Assembly: GCF_044704955.1 (NCBI RefSeq)
Contig: NW_027254113.1
Location: 434,001-498,000, forward strand
From: Pristiophorus japonicus
Taxonomy: Eukaryota
Reading direction: 5' to 3'
Length of the DNA: 64,000 nucleotides
Shown here: one piece after another, positions 41,345 to 52,221 of the stretch
Layout of the letters: every line of letters begins with the position of its first letter
Position numbering within the stretch: the first letter of the stretch is position 1
Notes under the pieces: generated by a model
What the model was told of the DNA's origin: nothing
The model's input: the letters and a program-made list of their open reading frames with translations, nothing else
The model's database searches: none
Translations under genes and position numbers: made by a program

Positions 41345-41635
41345 ATATAAACATAAGAACTAGAAACAGGAGTAGGCCGCCTGTCCCTTCGAGCCTGCTA
41401 TGCCATTTGATAAGATCATTGCTGACCTGATCATTGACTCAGCCCCACTTCCCTGCCCGCTCCCCATACCATCTATTCCCTTATCGCTCAAAGATCGATC
41501 TATCTCCGCCTTCAATATATTCAATGACCTAGCCTCCACAGCTCTCCGTGGCAGAGAATTCCATAGATTTACAGCCCTCTGAGTGAAGAAATTTCTCCTC
41601 ATCTCAGGTTAAATGGGCAGCCCGTTATTTTGAGG
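41345..41635 (-). mobile_element. CR1 3'-tip fragment
   Basis: MRRNFFTQRAVNLWNSLP; same position relative to the satellite as the copies at 793 and 12985. Confidence 0.85.
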
Positions 41636-43517
41636 GTCTAGTATATTATATACAGAGAGAGGATCTGGTGTAGCATAAGCAGAGACAGGGTCTAGTGTAA
41701 TATAAACATAGACAGGGTATAGTGCAATATAAACAGAGACAGGGTCGAGTGTGATATAAACAGAGACAGGCTCTAGTGTAATATAAACTGAGACAGGATC
41801 TAGCATAATATAAACAGAGAGAGGGTCTAATGTAATATAAAAAGTGGCAGAGTCTAGTGTAATATAAACAGAGACATGGTGTAGTGGAGTAATAACTGAG
41901 AAACAATCTGCTGTGATTTCATAGTGTCACAGAAAATTACGGCATAAAGGAAGCTATTCGTTCCATCGCACATCTGCTGAATCTGAGTGAAAACAAATTC
42001 TGCTCTTCTCCGCTCTAGATCTTTTGCCAATGCTTTTAAATCTATGACCACTGCTTAGTGAGAGCCGACACACTATATCATAGAATCTTAGAAATTTACA
42101 ACATTGAAGGAGGCCATTTCAGTTCATTGTATCTGCTTCAGCCGACCAAGAGCTATCCTGCCTAATCCCACTTTCCAGCTCGTGTTCTGTCACCTGTAGG
42201 TTACGACATGTTAATTGAACATCCAAGTATCGTTTAAATATGGTGAGAATTCCAGCCTCTATCAATATTTCATGCATTGCGTTTCAGACCTCCACCACCC
42301 TCTCGGTGAAGACATGTCCCCTCATATCTCCTCTACATTATAAAAACAAGCTGGCATGTTGGAGAGATCTATTAGCTCGCTAATTAAACTACTCTGTTAC
42401 AAGGAGAACAGTTATAACTTTTGAACTCTCTAATTGAAGCCCCTCATCCCTGGTAACAACCCGTTAAACCTCTTCAGTCGCCTTTCTAGTGTCTGTACAT
42501 CGTTATGGAAATGTGGTGCCCAAAAATGTCCATAATATTCCATCTGAGATCTAAGGCCTAATATAAGCAGAGATGAGTTGCAATACATTAATAACTGAGC
42601 CAGCGCGTAGAGTGATTTAAATAGAGACTGGGTCAAGTGCAAGATAAACAGAGAGCGGCTCTAGTGTAATATAAGCAGAGACAGGGTCTAGTGTATTATA
42701 AACTGAGACAGGGTCTATTGTAATATAAACAGAGACAGGGTCTAGTGTAATATAAACGGAGACATTATCTAGGGTAATATAAACAGAGACAGGTTCTAGT
42801 GTAATATAAACAGAAACAGGGCCTGTTGTACTATAAACAGAGACAATGTCTAGTGTAAAATAAAGAGAGATAGGGTCTAGTGCAGAGAAGTGTCGCATGT
42901 AATGTAAACAGTGACTAGGTCTAGTGTAATATAAACAGAGACAGCGTCGATTGTAATATAAAGAGAGACAGGGTCTCGTGTAATATAAACAGAGACAGGG
43001 TCTAGTGTAATGTAAACAGGGACAGGGTCTCGTGTAATATAAACAGAGACAGGGTCTAGTGTAATGTAAGCAGGGACAGGGTCCAGTGTAATATAAACAG
43101 AGACAGGGTCTAGTATAATGTAAGCAGGGACAGGGTCTAGTGTAATCTCAGCAGAGAAATGGTCTAGTGCAGTGGTTACTGTACGTCCTACCAGTGGAAA
43201 AGATTTCTAACTATTTACTCGATTAAAACTTCTCATAATTTTGATCGCCTCTATTAAATCGCCCTTAACATTCTCTAATCTAAGGAGCATCGTCGTAGTT
43301 TCCAGCTGCTCTACTGATGCACCTGATGAACATCCAGATGCGGAGTCGCTAGATTTGATATGGAAATCCCACTTTACAACAGTGTCAGAATATCATCCCA
43401 GGCAAGATAAGAGCATTATCCCCTGGAATTAAACCGACATGTAAGACTCGTCTCAGGCACTGAACTTTGGACACTCTAAACTAAATGACAACATCTAAAA
43501 AATAAAGCAGTGGTGTG

Positions 43518-43975
43518 CTAAAGCCCCGGCACAATGGGATCACTCTCGCCTCTGAGTGAGAAGTTTGTGGGTCCAAACCCCTCTCCAGAGAATGAGCACA
43601 TAAGCTCGGCTGGCACTCTCGGTTCCAGTACCAAAGGGGAAGGGTTGGGGGCGGGGGGGAGGGCTATATTGACGGTGGTGCAGTCTTTCTGATGAGACGT
43701 TACATCTGCTGAGTCTCCCCTCACAGTTGGATGTAAGAGATTGAATGGCACTATTTTAAACAGCAGGGGATTTCACCCCGGTGTCCATTACACATATTTA
43801 TCCATTAACCAGCATCACTAAAGAACAGATTCTGTGGTTATTATCACAATACATTTGTGGGAGCTTGCTGTGCGCAATTTGACTCCACATTTCCTACATT
43901 ACAAAAGTGACTACACTTCAAACGTACTTCATTGTAAAGCGCTTTTAGACATTCCGAGGACGTGAAAGTCGTGAA
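43518..43975 (+). mobile_element. tRNA-derived SINE, diverged paralog
   Basis: Colinear with 6997-7446. Confidence 0.7.
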
Positions 43976-46477
43976 AGTTATTTCTAAATGTCAACATTTA
44001 AAATATACGTTGCAATGGGTCACTCCTCTGCTCGCTGTTGTAACTTGTTTAGTTTAAATGGCAGGAATCATACTCAAAATGGACATCCAGTGAATCACTG
44101 ATCTGTTCAGAGACGTTCCACTGACTTAAGTATCGCAATTTTCAGAAATGAATTTTTCATTTTAATATTTTCCCTTTGATATAAATCACATCTCTTCTGA
44201 TTAAACAAAAAAAACCGATGTCACTGCTGGAGATATTTCCATTTATTTGTACCAGCTAACAATATTCATAAAATAAATCCGTGCTGTGAGTTAAAACTAA
44301 TCAGTAAAACTTTGTGGATCTGCTTTTGCTTCCATGAACACTTCCTGGAAACCAGTGAGGTGTTTATGTAAATAAACACAGAAATAGAAGTCCCAGATTA
44401 GAATATTGAACGACAGAAACACAGTAAATGTTTCTTCATCAATACAGAATAGAAATAAACAGAGAGAGAAATGCTAATGTCTCAACGGATTCCAGCAACA
44501 ATTGATGTTTTGTAGATTTCTTTCAGTTATTGGTGAGCAAATCAACGATGTTATCCGCGGTCAGAATGGGGAAATATTCTAGTCACCGTATATAGTGACA
44601 GCTCAATGTATTAGTGGCAATTCCCTGTATCCACTCCCTCTCTGCCTCTCTCTAATATCCCCACCTTCTGCCTTGCCTCTAAAGAATGCCTCATTATCTT
44701 TACCTCGCAATAAGAAGTCAATGTCTAACAAAAATGTTCCCTAAGGTCTATTTCCAGGCCTCAAACCAAATTGGTGGTTGTGCGGAGAGGCAGCTTTATA
44801 ATAAAATATGTCGTGTGAACTCAAAGATCTTGGGTGTTTGATGGGACTCTGTAGAGGGAACTTTACTCTGCTTCTAACCCCGTGCTGTACCTGCCCTGGG
44901 AGTGTGATATGTGACGGTGTAGAGGGAGCTTTAGTCTGCATAGACCATTGCTGTACCTGCCCTGGGAGAGTTTGATGGGACGGTGTAGAGCAAGCTTTAC
45001 TCTCTATCTAAACCGTGCTGTACCTGCCCTGGGAGTGTTTGATGTGACGGTGTAGAGGGAGCTTTACTGTTTCTCGAATAGTGCTGTACCTGAGCTGGGA
45101 GTGTTTAATGGGACATCATCGAGGGAGCTTTTCCCTGCATAGACCCGCGCTGTACCTGCCCTGGGAATGTTTGATGGCACAGTGTGACATCTCTTTCCCA
45201 GAAAAATGTTATTATCAGTGCAACTTCCTGTATATTGCATTTCCTTTTTACCTTTTTGACATAATTACGTCATAAACACGTAAACAATGGGTGAAGTCAT
45301 TTTTCACAACAATGCAGCATCATCAACTTGACTTGGTCGCAACAGCAACATCAGTGCGACCTCTGACCTTCAGCCACACAAATTGCTCGATTTGACCGAT
45401 ATAGACACATCTATACCCCAGGGTCCAGTGCTGTAATAACCGAGACATGTCCAATTGTAACATAGATAGAGAGGATATAGTTTAATATATACATTTACAG
45501 GGTCTAGTGTAAAATAAACAGACACAGCCTCTAGTGTAATATAAACAGAGACAGTGTGTAGTGCCATATAAACAGAGACAGGGTCTAGTGTAGTAAAAAC
45601 AGAGACACTGTCTAGTGTAATATGGAAAATACAGGATCTAGTGTAGTAAAAACAGAGACAGTGTCTAGTGTAATATGGAAAATACAGGGTCTAGTGTAAC
45701 ATAAACAGAGACTGTGTCGAGTGTAATATAAAAAATACAGGGTCTACTGTAACATAAATAGAGACAGGATCTAGTGTAATATAAATAGAGACAGGGTCTA
45801 GTGTAATATAAATAGAGACAGGAGCAATCTATTATAAAGAGACAGGGGATAGTATAATATAAACAGGGTCCAACATAATATAACAAAGGAAATCGTGCTC
45901 TAATAATAACTAATACATGATCTATTGTATTAGAAACATTGACATTTCCTAGTGCAATATAAACGGAGACAGTGTCTAGTGTAATATAAAGAGAGACAGG
46001 GACTAGGGAAATATTGACAGAAACAGGGTGTACGGTAATATAAACAGAGACAGCGTCTAGTTCAATAGTAACTGAGACAGGTTCTAATGTATTATAACAG
46101 AGGGTCGAGTACTGTGATAACTGATACAGAGCTGAGCATAATATAAACAGAGACAGGTTCTAGTGCAGTATAACTGAGACAGAATTTACAGTAATAAAAT
46201 AGATCCCGATGGAGTGCAGTAATAACTGAGACAGGGCCTTGTGCAATATGAATAGAGAGAAGGTCCAGTGCAGTTATAATTATACAGAGTCTAGAGTAAT
46301 TTAAACATATCGAATATCTAGAGTAATTTGAAAGCAACATTCCAGCCATGCAAATCTTCATGTCTGTCTGACTGTCTATCTGTCTGTCTGTCTGTTGTTC
46401 GGTCGATCCGTCCGTCCATCTGTTACTTCCGTCCCTCGATTCGGACTTCTGTCCATCTATCTGTACTTCTATCTAAT

Positions 46478-47025
46478 ATTATGCTAGACCCTGCCTCTGT
46501 TTATATTACACTAGACCCTGTACCTGTTTATATTACACCAGGTCCTGTCGCTGTTTATATTACACTAGACCCTGTCTCTGTTTATATTGGACTAGACCCT
46601 GTCTCTGTTTATATTGTACTAGACCCTGTCTCTGTTTATATCACCCTGGACCCTGTCTCTATTTATATTACACTAGACCCTGTCTCTGTTTATATTGCAC
46701 TAGACCCTGTCTCTGTTTATATCACCCTGGACCCTGTCTCTATTTATATTACACTAGACCCTGTCTCTGTTTATATCACACTGGACCCTTTCTCTGTTTA
46801 TATTAAACCAGACCCTATCTCTGTTTATATTACACAAGACCCTGCCTCTGTTTATATTACACTGGACACTGTCTCTTTTTATATTCTTCCGGACACTATC
46901 CCTGTTTATATTACATTAGGCCCTGTCTCTGTTTATATTACAGTAGATCCTGTCTCAGTTTATATTACGCCAGACACTGTCTCTGTGTATATTATCCTCG
47001 ACACTGTCTCTCTTTTTATTTCACC
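46478..47025. repeat. 27-bp minisatellite in the opposite orientation
   Basis: (tattacactagaccctgtctctgttta)n, the reverse complement of all upstream arrays. Confidence 0.95.
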
Positions 47026-47595
47026 AGATCATCTTTCCTTTTCAAAAATATATTGATTTCCCTATTTGAAAGTTATAATTGAATCTGCTGCCATCACCCT
47101 TTCAGGCACTACATTCCAGGCTATTAAAACTTTCTGCATAAAAAATCTCCTTATCTCCATCGTCTGGATTTATTTTATCAATCACCTTAATCTTTGTCCT
47201 CTGGTTACCGATAGACCTGCCGATGGAAACCCTACCTTCCTATCAACTCTATGAAACCCCTTCACAATTTTGAAAACATCTGTTAATTCTCCCCTAAGCA
47301 TTCCCTGCTATAATAAGAATAATCCCATCCTCTTTCGTCTCCACATAACTAACTCCCTCATGCCTTGCAGCAATCTCCTCTGCATCCTCGGCAAGAGCCC
47401 AAAATTCTTCCTAAAATGTGGATTGAAATAAATTTATTGGCCCTTCAGATTATTTCTAAGGATACATGCTTCCTTCAAATTTGATAGACTGAGAAGCATT
47501 CATTATATTGTTTTACTTGTTTTGACAATGCAGACGGTGACTGAAATACTCAGCAACATTCGTCTCCACATGACTCATGTATCAATATGATCACT

Positions 47596-47628
47596 GTCGC
47601 CACCTGCTGATAAACGACATCTACTGCA
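47596..47628 (-). promoter_or_regulatory. Candidate extended CTCF site
   Basis: Minus strand TGCAGTAG-N10-TCAGCAGGTGGCGAC: core plus upstream TGCAG module; motif match by eye only. Confidence 0.45.
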
Positions 47629-47849
47629 AACCCCAGAGCTTACTTTAAACATGATTCATAATTCCAACCACAATAACTTGCTTGAACGTTTACCCAGAGG
47701 ATTTTTTTAGAACAAACAACAAGAGGTGCAGATGATCAGGAAGTATCAAGGGCGGAATTAGCAAAATTACTGTTGCAAATTCACCTTCAGCTCATCACAC
47801 AGAGCCGTCAGATTAGATAAACTTCCATAATGAATAAAAACCTCACAGG

Positions 47850-49273
47850 AAAAATGGTGCAACCGTGGATAACAAGGGACGTTAAAGACAGTATTAGATT
47901 AAATGAACAGGCTTAGAATGTTGACAAAAAGTGGAGTAAGCCCGACAATTGGGAAGATTTTAGAATTCTGCAAAAGATGCACACGCAACTGATAATATGG
48001 GAGAAAATATAAAATTAAATAAGCTATCAAACACATAAAAACAGATTGTTAGAGCTTCTACACGTGTATAGAAAGATGATTTAAATGAGCGTACTATGCA
48101 ATACAAAGTTATGTGGGACAGTAAACAGTGAGGAAGAAGGAAGAAGGCTGCAATGTTAAGTGAGTGGGCAAGAACATGACAGCTTGAGTATAATGTGGTG
48201 AAGTGTGAAGTTACGCACTTTGGTAGGACAAATAGAAACGCAGATTATTTTTTGAATGCTGAGAAACTGGGTAATGTTGTTATTCAGAAAGACCTGGATG
48301 GCCTTGTACACGAATCACAGAAAGCTAAAATAGAGCCAAAGTGAGCAATTAGGAAAGCAAATGGTAAGCAACATTTTATTGCAAAGGGATTGGAGTATTA
48401 GATCAAAGAAGTCTTCATGCACTTATATAGGGCCTTGCTGAGACTACACCTGGTGTATTGTATACAGTTTTGTTCTCTTACCTAAGGAAGGATACACTTG
48501 CCTTCGAGGTAGTGCATCTAAGGTTCATCAGACTGATCTGATTCCTGCGATGGCGGCGGGGTGGGGGGCGGGGAGGGAGTGCGCGGGGGGGGGGGGTGGG
48601 GGGGGATGCTGTCCTATGAGAAGAGATTGAGTATCTAATGTCCATATTTACGAGAAAATCAGAAGATAAGAACATAAGAATTGGGAGCAGAAGTAGGCCA
48701 TACGGTTCCTCGAACCTGTTCCGTCATTCAACGGGATCATGGCTGATCTTCTACCTGAATTCCACTTCCCTGCACTGTCCACATATCCGAATGAAAACAT
48801 ATGCAGGGCTTCGGGGAAAGGGCGGGGGTTGGGTCAATTATACAAAGTACTTCAAGTGTGGTCTAACCAAGTTTCGTATAACTTTTGCACTTTTCAATTC
48901 AATCCCTCTAGAAATAAACCCCGAGTACAGTTTTTATTATTTTTATGGCATTATTAACCTGCGTCGCTACTTTTAGTGATGTGTGTATTTGCACTCTCAG
49001 AGACCTTTGTTCCTCCATCCCACTTAGATTCTTATTTTAAACGTGATAAGTGACCTCCTTATTTTTCTTACCAAAATGTAATAACTCATGCTTGTCTGTG
49101 TTGGAACTAATTAGTCAATTCATGCATTCTTGTAATTCGTTGCAGTGTTCCTCAGTATTTACACACCGACCCGCCCACCCCACGTGCATTCGAAAATTTA
49201 AAAGTTGTGTTTTTGACTCCAAAATCTAAAATGTTAATATAAGTTTTGAACAATAGTGGACCCAGCACTGATC
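47850..49273. mobile_element. Mosaic of old CR1 fragments on both strands
   Basis: Degenerate gtgtgaagttacgcactttggtagg, cacctggtgtattgtatacagtttt and SVLGPLLF motifs. Confidence 0.7.
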
Positions 49274-49449
49274 NNNNNNNNNNNNNNNNNNNNNNNNNNN
49301 NNNNNNNNNNNNNNNNNNNNNNNNNNNNNNNNNNNNNNNNNNNNNNNNNNNNNNNNNNNNNNNNNNNNNNNNNNNNNNNNNNNNNNNNNNNNNNNNNNNN
49401 NNNNNNNNNNNNNNNNNNNNNNNNNNNNNNNNNNNNNNNNNNNNNNNNN
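49274..49449. other. Assembly gap (N run)
   Basis: 176 N. Confidence 0.99.
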
Positions 49450-51016
49450 CGGTACTGATACTCCAGCTGACTGCTGCTTTTGACATGGTGTCTGAGGCAT
49501 TGGATATATTTCTTTTCCTGGGATATGGGAACAGTTCCACACATTTACACAACGAAAAAATTAAATTTAACTCCAGTACCATTACTGGGTAGATGTGTAT
49601 ATTAATAGGTCTTTTGACAATGTAAAGGTTTTGAAGTTGGCTTCCAGGCATGCGGTCAGCAGTGAGAAAACAGACCTTTGATGGACTGCAAAGAATCCCA
49701 AATGCTTCCTGTAAATGACACTGGTGTTCGAGGCTCGCTGAAGGCAGTCGGTTGGGTTACTGCCAAATATTGTGTCGGTCAGAATAGCGTGAACAAGAAT
49801 GGGAGAAAGATGTTATTTAACTACTTGAACATGAAATTATTCAGTCGAACTTTTAAAATAAGAAACATTTTACATGGTATAACATCACAAGAATGATTTT
49901 CCGTAAATTCCTTGGTCACCATATTAAAAATAGGATCGGAAAATAATGAATTGATCAACACGGTATCTAATGAAAACTATTTCCAAATAAATACCATTCT
50001 GGACCATTCAGTCCCTTTATTCAGTACAGGATGAAGTTTTGGAGAGAGGTTTAATGGCCTCACCCCACACTATGATGAGATGAGTGGGATTCGCAAAGTA
50101 ACTAAAACAGGTTGAATTGCCTTGAATATTCTCACAGAGAAGTGCCAGCTGCACTTCTTTAATATTATCACAGAATTTAGAGCCAGGTCTAAACTAATGT
50201 CTCCATTATTCCTGATTAGTAGCCGCGCAGTGTGCGGTGGAATTTGATCTGATTTGGGTTCCTGAACAACCCCTCTCATAGCCCGGCTACCATTGGGTGG
50301 TGAAATGCCCAGATTGTGATCTGTTGCTGCTGGAGATGAAGCATTTATTCCTGTGAAATTCTGTAACATATCGTTATGTCCTGATACACCGTGTTCCTGT
50401 TACCCGTATCTGTTACACAGTCGGTCGCTATTAAAGTTAGCTGCAAGGATTTGGATATCGAGGTTTGCTGATCACATTATCGGTTCTGATTCACAAGCTT
50501 CTCTCATAAAACGCAGGTCTGAAGCGGGAGGGACCCACTTTCTTATGTGTCTCCGTCAACTCACTCCTTAATCATCAGTCAAGCGGACTTATTTTACAGC
50601 TAATTTTACAAACGGCTGTCGTCGGGTCACAGACTCAGGGGCAGTTAGTGAAATGCAATGAGAGACAGTTGTGTAATGTCAGGAGTATGATCTCATCTCC
50701 AGACCAAAAGTGTGTAGCTTTCGCAAGTACACCGTAAATAGAATCACATTACCCATCTCCCGCACTCGGTTACATAGAGTGATAACAATTCAGATTATAG
50801 GGGATACTTTATTGGTACAGTGCATGGATAGATAGCGGGAGATGGAGAAACACAAACTGGCAGTATCTTTAGACCCTGATTATGTAATTCAATCTCAGAG
50901 ATTCACATCCCCTTTGAAGGAGTGAGGAAATAAGGGATTTAATTTACAGTCCAGATGTGAGTCCATTCTGTTGGTGATGTGGAAGGTGTAATGTGAATCC
51001 CGAAACCGCCTCTATC

Positions 51017-51069
51017 AGTGAATCAATGGGCGGCGCCTGTAACCTCGCCCCCATCTCCCGGGTATTTAA
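51017..51069 (+). promoter_or_regulatory. VH promoter: AGTGAATCA element and TATA-like TATTTAA
   Basis: TATTTAA at 51063-51069, about 95 nt before the ATG; AGTGAATCA at 51017-51025; I saw no ATGCAAAT/ATTTGCAT octamer in the proximal region. Confidence 0.6.
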
Positions 51070-51160
51070 CTGCTGTCACTGGGACCGCAATACAACAGTC
51101 TGGGAGTGGGTTTGCTCAGTGAGTTCTTGCCGGTACCATTCACCACACATTGCCAGGAGG

Positions 51161-51206
51161 ATGAGGTCGGTGATTTCTCTCAGTCTGTTGCTGGCTTTCT
51201 TTTCCC
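51161..51206 (+). CDS. IGHV: IgM heavy chain leader exon ([15 protein letters not shown], phase 1)
   Basis: ATG at 51161, hydrophobic signal peptide, donor C|gtgagt at 51207; completed by GT GTC CAG TCG at the start of the V exon. Confidence 0.93.
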
Positions 51207-51333
51207 GTGAGTAGTTTTTATTGTCCAATGTCTCACTGTTACTGTCTCAGTGTTAGTCTCTCTCTGGAATGTTACAGAGTCAGGAATCATTTCACCAGGA
51301 TTGAATCTTCGGGTATTTTGATTATTTTTACAG

Positions 51334-51638
51334 GTGTCCAGTCGGATGTGGTGTTGACTCAGCCCGAGGCAGAGATCAGGTTTCCCGGAAGCCCCCTGAG
51401 ACTGACCTGTAAAACCAGCGGCTTCGATCTTGGTGGCAGCTACATGTACTGGATCCGCCAGATTCCCGGACAGGGGCTGGAGTGGCTGGTTCAGTATTAC
51501 AGTCCATCGAACAAGTATTACGCCGCAGGGATGGCGAGCCGATTTACTGCGTCCAAAGACATTTCAAACAACATCTTCGCGCTGGACATGAAGAATCTGA
51601 AGAGCGAAGACACCGCCATCTATTACTGTGCAAGGTAC
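51334..51638 (+). CDS. IGHV: Ig heavy-chain variable exon (shark VH), open frame
   Basis: Acceptor tttttacag|; [10 protein letters not shown]...LTCKTSGF...[13 protein letters not shown]...RFTASKD...[11 protein letters not shown] with canonical Cys, Trp and YYC. Confidence 0.97.
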
Positions 51639-51677
51639 CACAGCGAGAGGAACCAGGGCTAGACCTGTACAAGAACA
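51639..51677 (+). promoter_or_regulatory. V recombination signal sequence, 23-bp spacer
   Basis: Heptamer CACAGCG (51639-51645), 23-nt spacer, nonamer ACAAGAACA (51669-51677). Confidence 0.93.
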
Positions 51678-52084
51678 GATCGAGGGGGAATTCAACAACT
51701 TACATCATAACCTGATGGTCATTAATTGTGTCAAATGCAATGTTACCGGCAATGTACAGAACAAGACCATAAACCGCTTCTTACAAAACTAACACACTGA
51801 GAATTTAATGGTGAAAATCTAACACACTAACCCATGTACAGAGGGGAGGTTTTGATTATGCTCCTGTTTAATGTTAACAGTGTCAGCAATTGCAGAGCTG
51901 GAGGTGATGCTCGATTCACTGTGCCTGGTACATGCAGGGAGCTGGTTAGAACTGTGTTCACTTTCAATTGTGCTATGTAAACTGTTGGCTAAATTCTAAA
52001 CTTGATCAGAAGCGAATGAGTATTTGAAGTGAATGTCTATTTGACGTGAATGTTGAGAGTCAGTACTGAGCAGAGAGTGAGTGC

Positions 52085-52112
52085 AGTATGTGTGCGGGTT
52101 CCTGTCACTGTG
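52085..52112 (-). promoter_or_regulatory. Recombination signal sequence 5' of the D(D)J segment, 12-bp spacer
   Basis: Perfect heptamer CACTGTG (52106-52112). At 12-nt spacing the nonamer AGTATGTGT matches GGTTTTTGT at 6/9; at 23-nt spacing the match is only 4/9. Confidence 0.78.
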
Positions 52113-52180
52113 GGACTGCGGGAGTGGGTACATTGCCAAGGACTACTGGGGACAAGGGACCATGGTGACGGTGACTGCAG
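52113..52180 (+). CDS. IGHJ: Fused D(D)-J segment, DCGSGYIAKDYWGQGTMVTVTA
   Basis: WGQGT J motif, donor G|gtaagg at 52181; 28 nt of D-like sequence in frame with J and no internal RSS. Confidence 0.9.
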
Positions 52181-52221
52181 GTAAGGAACATTCACTCATT
52201 CAGTAACTCTTGTATTTGTGT

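Noticed and set aside
46328-47056. 242-aa ORF with YITLDPVSV repeats (and similar ORFs at 359-793, 41609-41906, 42617-42898)
   Set aside because: Translation of a 27-bp satellite whose unit length is a multiple of 3.
51917-51945. CACTGTG between V and J as a possible separate D segment
   Set aside because: No nonamer-like sequence at 12-nt spacing and no downstream CACAGTG closing a D segment.
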